Positions 19,625 through 28,408 of a stretch of 64,000 nt of DNA are shown here, piece after piece. The notes under the pieces are model-generated. The model was not told the origin of the DNA and did not search any database. It worked only from the letters and a program-made list of their open reading frames with translations. The translations under genes were made by a program, and so were the position numbers. Positions within the stretch are counted from its first letter, which is position 1. Every line of letters begins with the position of its first letter. The stretch is from the IMG/VR virus record IMGVR_UViG_3300044700_000691, positions 124,001 through 188,000 of that record. One strand, written 5' to 3'.

Positions 19625-19952
19625 TTTTAAACTTAAGTCGGAGCTTCCAATTAAATATGAGTTAGGTTTACACAGAGTGCTTCCGTCATATCCAACCGAA
19701 ACTGATTTTATGGTTGATATTATTCAATATATTATTAAGGTTTGTGAAATAAAGGATAAAAACTTCAATCCAGCTGATTTGAAATTTTCAGCAAAAACCC
19801 TTAAGTATGTATTTAATGAAAACGAGGTAACTCCAGGTTTCAAAGATAAACTACGAATTGTAATTAAAAAATTAATGGATGCAGAAACTCTGATTAAAAG
19901 AGGAGAATTTTTGTATATTAATAAAGCAGTATTTAACGAACTGTATAACTAA
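19608..19952 (+). CDS. Hypothetical protein, possible winged-helix
   Basis: C-terminal LRIVIKKLMDAETLIKRGEFLYI resembles a wHTH helix plus wing. Lies between uvsX and the helicase. Confidence 0.6.
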   Translation: MEPKISFKLKSELPIKYELGLHRVLPSYPTETDFMVDIIQYIIKVCEIKDKNFNPADLKFSAKTLKYVFNENEVTPGFKDKLRIVIKKLMDAETLIKRGEFLYINKAVFNELYN

Positions 19953-19957
19953 AAAAT

Positions 19958-21445
19958 ATGATAGACTTTAAAGAAAATATTGAGTTACTGGAGAAAGTTA
20001 TTCTTAACTTCATTCTAATGGATGATAATAACGAAACACTAATTCGCCCAAAGAATGTGGAGGCTCTTGATATACGGGAAGTAATTCCTAAAATGAAGAC
20101 CCAGTACTTCAATAATGATGATCTTGGTAATATTTTTAAAGTAGTAAAAAACTATTATAAAGAATATCATAAAGTTCCGTCTAAAACAGAAATTCGTCAA
20201 CTACTTAACCTAGCTAGTTATGAAATATCTGACGAGCATTTTGATACTCTATTGAGTGTAAACTTAGGAGAATACAATTATGAATTCTTAACTAAATATA
20301 CAAAGTCGTTTATTTTAATTAAGAATCTTAACTCTTCGATTATTGATATTTTATCATTTTTAAAGACTACTGAAATTAGTCCAGAGAATGTTAATATTAT
20401 TACAGATCAAGTTAGGACTAAGCTAAATACAAACCTAAATGTTTCTTTTAGTAATGCTGAATCTGGTCTAAACTTTTTTAATGCAGTAGATCACGTTCAA
20501 GTTTCTAAAATAGGTACTCCAACTGGCTTTCCGTTTCTTGATAAAACGCAGGGCGGCGGCTGGAACCCTAAAACCCTAGTTGTTTTCCAAGGTAGACCTA
20601 AAGTTGGTAAATCCATGGTTCTTTCTAATATTGCAGCTCGTGCATTTATGACAGGTTGTCAAACTGGAGTTGCAACACTAGAATTATCCGATACTAAATA
20701 TATGAAGAGACTAGGTTCGAATATCTTAAATATTCAATCTAATCACTATAATGATATTACTTCAGCGGATCGTACCCAGTTAATTGAAGCTAAAATTGAA
20801 CAATTTAAACAAAGCGGCTCCAATCCTGGAGAACTTTGGATTAAAGAGTTTGCAACCGGTAGCGCAACCGCAGTTGATATTGAGAACTATTTCCTAAAGG
20901 TACAGGAAAGTACAGGTCAACACATGCAAATTATAATAGTTGACTATATTAATTTAATGAGACCTATGCGTGAGCAGGGAAATACTTACGAGAAAATCAA
21001 AGTAATTTCTGAAGAATTAAGAGCAGTAGCTCAACGAAATGAATGGACTATTATTACTGCAACTCAAATTAAACGTGATGCAGTAGACGATCAAAATATT
21101 GGAATGTCAGATATTGCAGAATCATTTGGTCTTGTCCATACAGTTGACTCTCTTTATGGATTGATGCGAGGTCCAATGGAAAAACGAATTAAAATTAAGG
21201 TTATTGCTAACCGTGATGAAGGCTATACGGAAAGCTTTAAAATGTATCGAATGAATTACGATTTCTCTAGACTTGTCGAAGAAACTGATCCAGCTAGCGA
21301 ATACTACTCGGATGACGATGATATTTCTGCAATCGAAGATGATTTACGTCTACAGTATGCAAATGTCCAACCTAAACCGCAGTTGACCATTGCGCCTACT
21401 ATCAAGCAGTTTGGAGAACATAGCGACATTTTAGAAAATTTATAA
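19958..21445 (+). CDS. gp41: Replicative DnaB-like helicase (gp41)
   Basis: PTGFPFLD..GG, Walker A GRPKVGKS, TLEL, IIVDYINLM, TATQ and IAESFG. Confidence 0.93.
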   Translation: MIDFKENIELLEKVILNFILMDDNNETLIRPKNVEALDIREVIPKMKTQYFNNDDLGNIFKVVKNYYKEYHKVPSKTEIRQLLNLASYEISDEHFDTLLSVNLGEYNYEFLTKYTKSFILIKNLNSSIIDILSFLKTTEISPENVNIITDQVRTKLNTNLNVSFSNAESGLNFFNAVDHVQVSKIGTPTGFPFLDKTQGGGWNPKTLVVFQGRPKVGKSMVLSNIAARAFMTGCQTGVATLELSDTKYMKRLGSNILNIQSNHYNDITSADRTQLIEAKIEQFKQSGSNPGELWIKEFATGSATAVDIENYFLKVQESTGQHMQIIIVDYINLMRPMREQGNTYEKIKVISEELRAVAQRNEWTIITATQIKRDAVDDQNIGMSDIAESFGLVHTVDSLYGLMRGPMEKRIKIKVIANRDEGYTESFKMYRMNYDFSRLVEETDPASEYYSDDDDISAIEDDLRLQYANVQPKPQLTIAPTIKQFGEHSDILENL

Positions 21446-21462
21446 AAAAACTACAATAAGTT

Positions 21463-22119
21463 ATGTGGAAGAAAAAAGTTAAAGAGGAAGAACTATTTAC
21501 AAACGAAGGCGACAATTGGTCAGCCTTAGATGGAGAAGATAGTGAAGTCTCTAGTCACGACGATTCTGAAGAAATTGATTTAGCTGAAGACTCTGAAATT
21601 GATGATGGCGATGAAGCAAGGTATCAACAACACTTAAAATTAAAGAGAGAAGATAAAATCTTCAATAACTCTTGGAATAGTGGAGATGGAGGTAGCGATG
21701 AGATTTATCAAAACAATGGAATTAGGTTAGATCCAAGTCATACTGATAGTCATCTACTGGATGCAGCATCATTTGATCGATATACTGATAAGATGATTAT
21801 CGAACGAGACCTAAATAATATTGCACTAGCAGATGAAGTTATGATTGGCTTAATGGAAATATCGTCACAGGGTCGCAAATTTACTAAACCTGAATTAAAT
21901 CTAGCGTTTGCTAGACTATGCGAACTGGTTAGAACTAATAGAAAAACAACATTCATTGGACCAATCGATGTATTAGATTTCGTGTCAATGATTTCTCAAC
22001 TAGATTTTAAACGACTGTTTGAATCAATGGAATACGAACATAAAGAGGTTCTTTTATTAGAACTTAATAATAAATTTGGAATACTAGACGGTAAGGTTCG
22101 ATTTAAAAAGTTATTTTAA
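21463..22119 (+). CDS. Hypothetical protein with very acidic N-terminal region
   Basis: 218-aa ORF with an Asp/Glu-rich first ~55 aa; its stop overlaps the gp47 start. Confidence 0.75.
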   Translation: MWKKKVKEEELFTNEGDNWSALDGEDSEVSSHDDSEEIDLAEDSEIDDGDEARYQQHLKLKREDKIFNNSWNSGDGGSDEIYQNNGIRLDPSHTDSHLLDAASFDRYTDKMIIERDLNNIALADEVMIGLMEISSQGRKFTKPELNLAFARLCELVRTNRKTTFIGPIDVLDFVSMISQLDFKRLFESMEYEHKEVLLLELNNKFGILDGKVRFKKLF

Positions 22120-23243
22120 TGAAGTTAAACAATATAGACAAAATCTTTTTAGTAGGTGATCTCCATCTTGGAATTAGAAACAATTCTGTAGAGTGGGCAG
22201 ATATTCAAAAAGAATTTTTATTAGAAGTTTTACCAAAAACGGCAGCTGACAATGGATTTAATCCAGAAACAGATATTCTTATTTTAGAGGGCGATATTTT
22301 TCATTCTAGAGAATCTATTAATGTTAGAATTCAAAATGATTCAATGGAAATTTTTGAAAATCTGGCTAAAGTATTTAAAAGAGGTGTCTTTATTATATTA
22401 GGTAATCATGATGTCTATTACAAAGATTCAAATCAAGTTAACTCAGTTCGCCACCTAAAACACCTTGCTGAAAATATCCATGTATTTGAGAGCCCAGAGA
22501 TTTTAACAATTAACGAAACTGAGAATTGGCTAATGCTACCTTGGGTTGAAGATACTAAAACTCTAGGAGGCCATGTTGCAGACTATGCAGGTATGTGTAA
22601 TCGTATTGTATGTCATGCAGATATTAAGGGTCTTAAATTTAATAGATGGACCAAAGTTGAACATGGATTAGAAATTACCGCCCTATCCCAGTATAACAGG
22701 GTTTACTCTGGCCACATCCATCACAGACAAGAACAAGATAATATATTGTATACCGGAACGCCCTACCAGATGGACCGTGGTGATCGAGGGAACGCTAAGG
22801 GGTATTACATAATAGATGCTAAAAACAATTATACAGAAACCTTTATTGAAAACCTAACATCGCCAAATTATGTCAAATACGATATATGCGAGTTATTAGA
22901 TATGAATATTGATCAGCTAAAAGGATTATTAACCAATAATTTTGTTGATGTTATGATTGAGATTAATTTATCCAATAAAATTCCGCTTAGTCAGTTCTTA
23001 GCTGTATTAGAGCAGATAAAATATAGAAAAATTGAATTTTTTACCTATACAAGTAGTGATTCATCCGAAGCTAAGCCGGCTGATATTTTGTTAGACCTAT
23101 CAAGTTCAGATAAGTTTGATGCGTTTGAAATTTTTAAAACCTACTTAAATTCAAAACAATACACTCCAGTTATGAAAAAGGATCTTATTACAAAATTCTT
23201 TGAAATACAGGAAAGAGCAAAACAAGATAAAGACTATGTTTAA
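22119..23243 (+). CDS. gp47: Recombination nuclease, Mre11/SbcD-like (gp47)
   Basis: GDLHLG, GDIFH, GNHD, CH and SGHIH metallophosphoesterase motifs; YTGTPYQ. Confidence 0.93.
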   Translation: MKLNNIDKIFLVGDLHLGIRNNSVEWADIQKEFLLEVLPKTAADNGFNPETDILILEGDIFHSRESINVRIQNDSMEIFENLAKVFKRGVFIILGNHDVYYKDSNQVNSVRHLKHLAENIHVFESPEILTINETENWLMLPWVEDTKTLGGHVADYAGMCNRIVCHADIKGLKFNRWTKVEHGLEITALSQYNRVYSGHIHHRQEQDNILYTGTPYQMDRGDRGNAKGYYIIDAKNNYTETFIENLTSPNYVKYDICELLDMNIDQLKGLLTNNFVDVMIEINLSNKIPLSQFLAVLEQIKYRKIEFFTYTSSDSSEAKPADILLDLSSSDKFDAFEIFKTYLNSKQYTPVMKKDLITKFFEIQERAKQDKDYV

Positions 23244-23745
23244 TATTGGAATTACAAATAAAGTTAAAATACAGCTTGACCCGGTCGAAGGTTTTCCTAA
23301 GATTATAGCTACCAATAGAATTTTACAAGGTGAACCTATTGAAACAGTTTGTGCACACGATTTAAATATGATTCAGGCAAAACTTGTATTTAGTTTAGCA
23401 CCAGCATTTTCAAATACAATTCAGACCAATCCAATCAAATTAAAGCAATTAAATTCTGAGATGGATAAGTTAGTTAATGATTTAAGAAATGAATTACTTG
23501 AGTCAAACTCCGATGCTACGCCAGAAGATCTTAAAAATATTCAAGATGATCCACGATTGGTTGATAAATTACATGCATATCACTGGCTGGACTTTTTAAC
23601 AGGTAATATTTCAAGCTATACTGTATCAGACTATCCAAACGCTAGTATTGAATGGAATGATCAAATTAAAACTTGGCAAGTTATTGCTTCTACTGAAATT
23701 TTGACAGATCAGGTAATAAGCTTGCCTAAACCAAAAGACTTATGA
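23236..23745 (+). CDS. SET-domain-like protein, apparently degenerate (start ATG 23236)
   Basis: KIIATNRILQGEPIE resembles the SET N-motif. YTVSDYPNASIEW..WQVIASTEILTDQVISL resembles NHSxxPN..A.RDI..GEEI, but NH is replaced. Confidence 0.55.
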   Translation: MFNIGITNKVKIQLDPVEGFPKIIATNRILQGEPIETVCAHDLNMIQAKLVFSLAPAFSNTIQTNPIKLKQLNSEMDKLVNDLRNELLESNSDATPEDLKNIQDDPRLVDKLHAYHWLDFLTGNISSYTVSDYPNASIEWNDQIKTWQVIASTEILTDQVISLPKPKDL

Positions 23746-25406
23746 AAATAAAGGAATTTGCATTTAAAAATATTTGCTCGTATGGAAATAAGATACAAAC
23801 TTTTAAATTTTCAGATGAGCCAAATTTAATTCTTGTTCAAGGAACAAACGGGTCTGGTAAATCCAGTATATCGGATGCCTTGACTGTTTCTATATATGGA
23901 AAATCTGGTATTAGAAAAATCAAAGAGATTCCAAATAGAATCAATAAAAATGCCTATACTTTAGTAAAGTTTACCGCAAACAATGGTGATGAAGTTGAAA
24001 TAGAAAGAGGACTTGAACCAAATTTCTCTAAAATTCTAATTAACGGAAATGACTATAATTTACCTGATAAAAGAAGAGTTGATGAATTTATTGAAGAAGA
24101 ACTTGTTAAAATTCCATTTAATGTTTTTTCAAATACGATTTCTCTTTCAGTAAATGACTTTAAGAGTTTTGTTAAATTGAGCCCAGCTGATAAACGAAAA
24201 ATTATTGATAAGATCTTTGGATTAGATCTAGTTAATGATATGAATCAATTGGTTAAAGAAGACGCAAAAACAGTAAAGGGCAAGCAATTCGCTAGTCAAA
24301 CTGCTCTTACTAAAAATCAACATCTATTAGAGCAAGCAGTGCAACAATTATTAGCTCTGCAACAAGACTTAACTCAAGAAAAGGAAAGCAGAATTATTCA
24401 ACTAAACGATATTTTAACTAGAGCCAAGTCTAAACAAGACGAAGTTAAGCTATCATATGCTGATCTTAAAACCGAATTGGACGCTACTAAGAATAAGTTA
24501 AAGGCTGCCAGAGAATCTAAATCTTCGTGCACATTTAATATTGCTGAGATCGATAAAAAATTAGCAATATATGCAAAAAACAAGTGTCCACACTGCTTAA
24601 GCGATTTAACTGATACTGTTCATATTGGAATTAAGCAGCAACTGGAAGATAATAAAGCCAATTTTCAAGAAGAACTTTTGCCAATAGCAACTAAGATTTC
24701 AGAAATAGAAACTGGAGCTAGGGATCTTGAAGCATCTCAAGAAAAATTTAGAAACGACCATGCAAAACTTTCGTCAGCAATCGATTCTGCAAAAATAGAA
24801 TTGGATTCGCTAACGCAATCGCAAGACTCAGAAAAACAAACTCAATATCTACAAAAGATTATTGATCAGTTAAACGAAGATATTGAATCGACTAACACCG
24901 ATCTAGGCGAATTAGATAAGGAACTTTCAGTTAATCAAGAGCTTGAAGTAATTCTTTCAGATAACGGAATGAAACGTATCCTAATGAATCAAATTATTCC
25001 TCTACTTAATAAGAATATTCTAAGAACTTCTAAAATGCTTGAGTTTAAGTTTGCATTTGAATTTGATTTGGAATTTAATCCTATTATTACACACCTTGGA
25101 ATGCAAATTTCGCCAGAGTCACTATCAGCCGGCGAACAAAAGAAAATGAATCTAATTGTACTATTGTGTATATTAGAATTAATTAAAATGAAAAATAATA
25201 AAATTAATCTACTTTTTCTAGATGAAATATTTTCTTCTCTAGATTCTGTAAGTATTTACAAAGTAGTTGATTTGTTAAAAACTTTTGCTAAGAAGCACAA
25301 TATGACAGTGTTTGTAATCTCGCATGATCCATTACCGGAAGAGTTTTTTGATATTAAGGTGTTTGTCGAAAACAAAGACCATTTTTCTGATATAAGAGTA
25401 AATTAA
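23742..25406 (+). CDS. gp46: Recombination ATPase, Rad50/SbcC-like (gp46)
   Basis: Walker A GTNGSGKS, coiled coil with zinc hook CPHC, signature LSAGE and Walker B LFLDE. Confidence 0.95.
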   Translation: MKIKEFAFKNICSYGNKIQTFKFSDEPNLILVQGTNGSGKSSISDALTVSIYGKSGIRKIKEIPNRINKNAYTLVKFTANNGDEVEIERGLEPNFSKILINGNDYNLPDKRRVDEFIEEELVKIPFNVFSNTISLSVNDFKSFVKLSPADKRKIIDKIFGLDLVNDMNQLVKEDAKTVKGKQFASQTALTKNQHLLEQAVQQLLALQQDLTQEKESRIIQLNDILTRAKSKQDEVKLSYADLKTELDATKNKLKAARESKSSCTFNIAEIDKKLAIYAKNKCPHCLSDLTDTVHIGIKQQLEDNKANFQEELLPIATKISEIETGARDLEASQEKFRNDHAKLSSAIDSAKIELDSLTQSQDSEKQTQYLQKIIDQLNEDIESTNTDLGELDKELSVNQELEVILSDNGMKRILMNQIIPLLNKNILRTSKMLEFKFAFEFDLEFNPIITHLGMQISPESLSAGEQKKMNLIVLLCILELIKMKNNKINLLFLDEIFSSLDSVSIYKVVDLLKTFAKKHNMTVFVISHDPLPEEFFDIKVFVENKDHFSDIRVN

Positions 25407-25415
25407 TATAGACCT

Positions 25416-26294
25416 ATGCATACTTACAAAGGAACATCATTCGCAGAAGCTTACCAAAAATCACTAATTGATTTATTTGATAATGGCGACTTGTGTGAAA
25501 CCCGAGGAACTACCAGTAAAGAATTACTAAATGTTTCATTAGAAATTACTGATCCAAGTCAGTGTATGTATACTAATATGACCAGGTCAACCCAGACCAA
25601 ATATATTGCAGCTGAATTATTATGGTATTATGCCGGACGTAATGACGTTGCGTTTATTTCAAAGTATGCTAAATTTTGGGAACAGATACAAAATCCAAAT
25701 GGAACTGTAAACTCAGCATACGGTAACTTAATATTTAAGCCAAAGTCGCTAGGCGGTCTTACTCAATATGAATGGGCAGTTGCTTCCTTAGCAAAAGATA
25801 AGGACAGTCGACAGGCGATACTTCACTTTAATACGCCAGAACATCAATATAACGGAAATAAAGATTTTGTTTGTACAATGTATGGAATTTTTCATATTAG
25901 ACATAATAAACTAAATTTCAGTGTCTATATGAGATCCAATGATGCAATTTGGGGTACTCCAACTGATGTTGCATTTTTCTGTTCTCTTCAAATGCAAGCC
26001 CTAGCACATCTAAAAGAATTTTATCCAGAATTGGAACTTGGTACATACACTCACCATGCAAATTCATATCACATATATGATAGACACTATGAGTTAGTTA
26101 GTAAAATGCTGCTTGGCGAGTTTATCCCAACTAGACTACCATCAGTTAAAACTAATCTAGTATCAATGTCTGGCCATCCAACTCAAGATTTTACAGATAT
26201 TTTTGAATTTGTTGAACAGGACCAAGATGATATTTTAATTCTACAAGAAAAAGACGATCTTTTAACCTGGATTGTAAACCAATTTGAAGTATGA
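25416..26294 (+). CDS. Thymidylate-synthase-fold enzyme, probably dCMP (hydroxy)methylase-like
   Basis: AELLWY, NSAYG, DSRQA, catalytic DFVCT (C153), MRSNDAIWGTPTD (D184) and SYHIY. The Asp at the E. coli ThyA N177 position matches T4 gp42. Confidence 0.8.
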   Translation: MHTYKGTSFAEAYQKSLIDLFDNGDLCETRGTTSKELLNVSLEITDPSQCMYTNMTRSTQTKYIAAELLWYYAGRNDVAFISKYAKFWEQIQNPNGTVNSAYGNLIFKPKSLGGLTQYEWAVASLAKDKDSRQAILHFNTPEHQYNGNKDFVCTMYGIFHIRHNKLNFSVYMRSNDAIWGTPTDVAFFCSLQMQALAHLKEFYPELELGTYTHHANSYHIYDRHYELVSKMLLGEFIPTRLPSVKTNLVSMSGHPTQDFTDIFEFVEQDQDDILILQEKDDLLTWIVNQFEV

Positions 26295-26737
26295 TAACTA
26301 GATATGATATAGTATACATGAAAATGGCGTCACAATGGGGCCAGTTATCCAATGCTCGTCGTAAAAAGGTTGGAGCTCTATTGGTAAAAAACAATACTAT
26401 TATTGCAGATGGTTATAATGGAACCCCTTCTGGATTTGAAAACGAGTGCGAAACTCCAATCTTTGATAAAGATAATAACTTTTTAGACTATGAAACTAAG
26501 TGGTACGTTTTGCATGCTGAATCAAATGCATTAGCTAAAGTTGCAAAATCCACACAATCTTCTGAGGGATCTACTCTTTATGTTACAATGTCTCCGTGTA
26601 GAGAATGTAGCAAATTAATTCTACAAGCTGGAATTAACCGAGTAGTTTATTCAGAAACATACAGAGACTCTGCCGGTCTCGACTTATTAAAAAAGGCAGG
26701 GGTTGATGTAGTTCAGATTCTAACCGAGTCTGAATAA
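26291..26737 (+). CDS. dCMP deaminase
   Basis: KVGALLV, GYNGTPSG, HAESNA and SPCRECSK zinc motifs. Confidence 0.93.
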   Translation: MITRYDIVYMKMASQWGQLSNARRKKVGALLVKNNTIIADGYNGTPSGFENECETPIFDKDNNFLDYETKWYVLHAESNALAKVAKSTQSSEGSTLYVTMSPCRECSKLILQAGINRVVYSETYRDSAGLDLLKKAGVDVVQILTESE

Positions 26738-26754
26738 AAAAAGTTATCCACATT

Positions 26755-27156
26755 TTGACAGAAGATATTGCAACCAGAGAATTAACTATTGTTTTCGTAA
26801 GAGATTATAAAACATTCGTTGAGCGCTTTTCTAAAAAAAGTAAAAGCGACTATGTTCTTAATATTAATAAGATCGTAAAGGAAAAATTTCAAACTGAAAT
26901 CTTTATTCCAAATAAAGTCCAAGCGTTTCTATTAAATTATGAAATTTCTAAATTGATTGATAAAGTTATTAAGATAAAGAACCAGAAATATTCCAGGCTA
27001 ATTTATCTAAATACTGAGCTTTCGCCAACTGGCATCTTGAATTCAATTAATTTCTTAAAGACCACATATACTTGGGTCGAGTTTGATTTTACCGTAATTG
27101 ATCCAGACCAAGAATTTCAAGCCGTTCTAAAAGACATAAAAAAAGGAGATCATTGA
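26755..27156 (+). CDS. Hypothetical protein
   Basis: 133-aa ORF with a TTG start; last gene of the + strand block. Confidence 0.6.
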   Translation: MTEDIATRELTIVFVRDYKTFVERFSKKSKSDYVLNINKIVKEKFQTEIFIPNKVQAFLLNYEISKLIDKVIKIKNQKYSRLIYLNTELSPTGILNSINFLKTTYTWVEFDFTVIDPDQEFQAVLKDIKKGDH

Positions 27157-27165
27157 TCTCCTTTT
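27141..27165. terminator. Bidirectional intrinsic terminator
   Basis: Perfect 11-bp stem AAAAGGAGATC-ATT-GATCTCCTTTT at a convergent junction. Confidence 0.85.
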
Positions 27166-27185
27166 CTATTTAAGTAAATTTAATA

Positions 27186-27764
27186 TTATTCTTCGTCTTC
27201 GTCAGTTAATTCTTCCGACTCGTCCTCTTCTGGCATTTCTGCAACTCTTTGAATAGCTGCTTTAAATATTTCAACACATTCGTCTTTTTCGATTTCCATT
27301 TTTTCGCAAGCAATTTCTAAAATTTCTTTTAGTTCATCACTAAACTCTTCCATAAACATTTCAAGAGCTTCTTCGTCGATTTCTGGAGTTTCTTCTATTT
27401 CAGTGTCTTTAATTTCTTCGTCTTCTTCAAACATATAGTTTTCAAATTGAGGAACATGACTTTCTTTTACTATTGTAACGCCCATTGCTGGAGTCGTATT
27501 TAAAGGTTCTTCGATTTTAATCTTAGCTGCACGACTTGGTACATCACTATTAAAAGCTTTCCAATAACTATCGTTATTATGATTCTTTCCGCCATTTTCA
27601 AAGTTAGCGTCTCTTTTTGCAATATTAGTCCATTCTTTTAAAGACTTTCTTTTAGATTTATCAAATGACTCAGTTTCGTTAGGTCCACCAAACGACGGAG
27701 CCTTTATATCCATAAATCTTTTAAAGTCTTTAACAGCGCTGCTTTTTAGGTTAAAAATATCCAT
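27186..27764 (-). CDS. Acidic hypothetical protein; putative internal head/core protein
   Basis: Follows the tail tube gene. Carries VKDFKRFM and VPQFENYMFEE motifs and has a very acidic C-terminal half. Confidence 0.75.
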   Translation of the reverse strand: MDIFNLKSSAVKDFKRFMDIKAPSFGGPNETESFDKSKRKSLKEWTNIAKRDANFENGGKNHNNDSYWKAFNSDVPSRAAKIKIEEPLNTTPAMGVTIVKESHVPQFENYMFEEDEEIKDTEIEETPEIDEEALEMFMEEFSDELKEILEIACEKMEIEKDECVEIFKAAIQRVAEMPEEDESEELTDEDEE

Positions 27765-27785
27765 TTAGCTTTAGGTTTTTAATTT

Positions 27786-28373
27786 TTAGAATTGTCCGTT
27801 TCTGGTTTCAGTATAGCTATCTGCAACGAATTGGAATGCTGTTGTATAGATTGCATCACCTTCGTATTTCAAATCCATTTCACCAGTTAAATTATCTCCG
27901 TAAACAAATACTGGAGAGAATGTGAATTCTCTATAGATATCGCCGGCTCTGTTGTGTATACCTACATAAATGTTGGCACCGTTTGGAGCATAGTCCTTTT
28001 TAAGACCTTGACGACCAGTTAATGGATCGTATACTAGGTTACCCCATGCTCTAAATTGATTGTAAATATACATTTCATTTGCGTCATTTAAGTTGACTTC
28101 AAACTCAATTGTAAGTTTTGCACCAGTTTCCTTAGGAGCTGCTGCCGCGAAATATCTTTTAGAGAATCTGTACTTTTGTTCAGCCAATGTACCGGTACCA
28201 GCTTGTTCTGGTAAACCTTTAATTGATTTTACGTGCTCAACCAATAATGGGGTAATTGTATTATTGTTGATTGATGCAGGAGGGGTAATAATTACCGTGA
28301 ACTGGTTAAGGTATAACGGTTCAAATAGATTACGACCTACTGTTGAATTTTTAAAATGTGGTAAACCTGCCAT
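27786..28373 (-). CDS. gp19: Tail tube protein (gp19-like)
   Basis: MAGLPHF..FEPLYLNQF, LTIEFEVN, FRAWGNLVYDPLTG..GLKKDY; 195 aa, after a late promoter. Confidence 0.8.
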   Translation of the reverse strand: MAGLPHFKNSTVGRNLFEPLYLNQFTVIITPPASINNNTITPLLVEHVKSIKGLPEQAGTGTLAEQKYRFSKRYFAAAAPKETGAKLTIEFEVNLNDANEMYIYNQFRAWGNLVYDPLTGRQGLKKDYAPNGANIYVGIHNRAGDIYREFTFSPVFVYGDNLTGEMDLKYEGDAIYTTAFQFVADSYTETRNGQF

Positions 28374-28393
28374 TTATATTGGACCTTTTTGTT

Positions 28394-28401
28394 TATTTAT
28401 T
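28394..28401 (-). promoter_or_regulatory. Late promoter-like AATAAATA (tube)
   Basis: 20 nt upstream of the tube ATG. Confidence 0.65.
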
Positions 28402-28408
28402 CTTTGAG

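Noticed and set aside
19608-19952. Calling this gene T4 gp40 because of its position and size between uvsX and gp41
   Set aside because: Only synteny supports it, and the sequence looks more like a winged helix.
26744-26752. Perfect DnaA box TTATCCACA (a second one is at 16453-16461)
   Set aside because: The two sites are isolated and 10 kb apart, one inside a CDS. About one is expected by chance in 64 kb at this composition, and there is no cluster or unwinding element.
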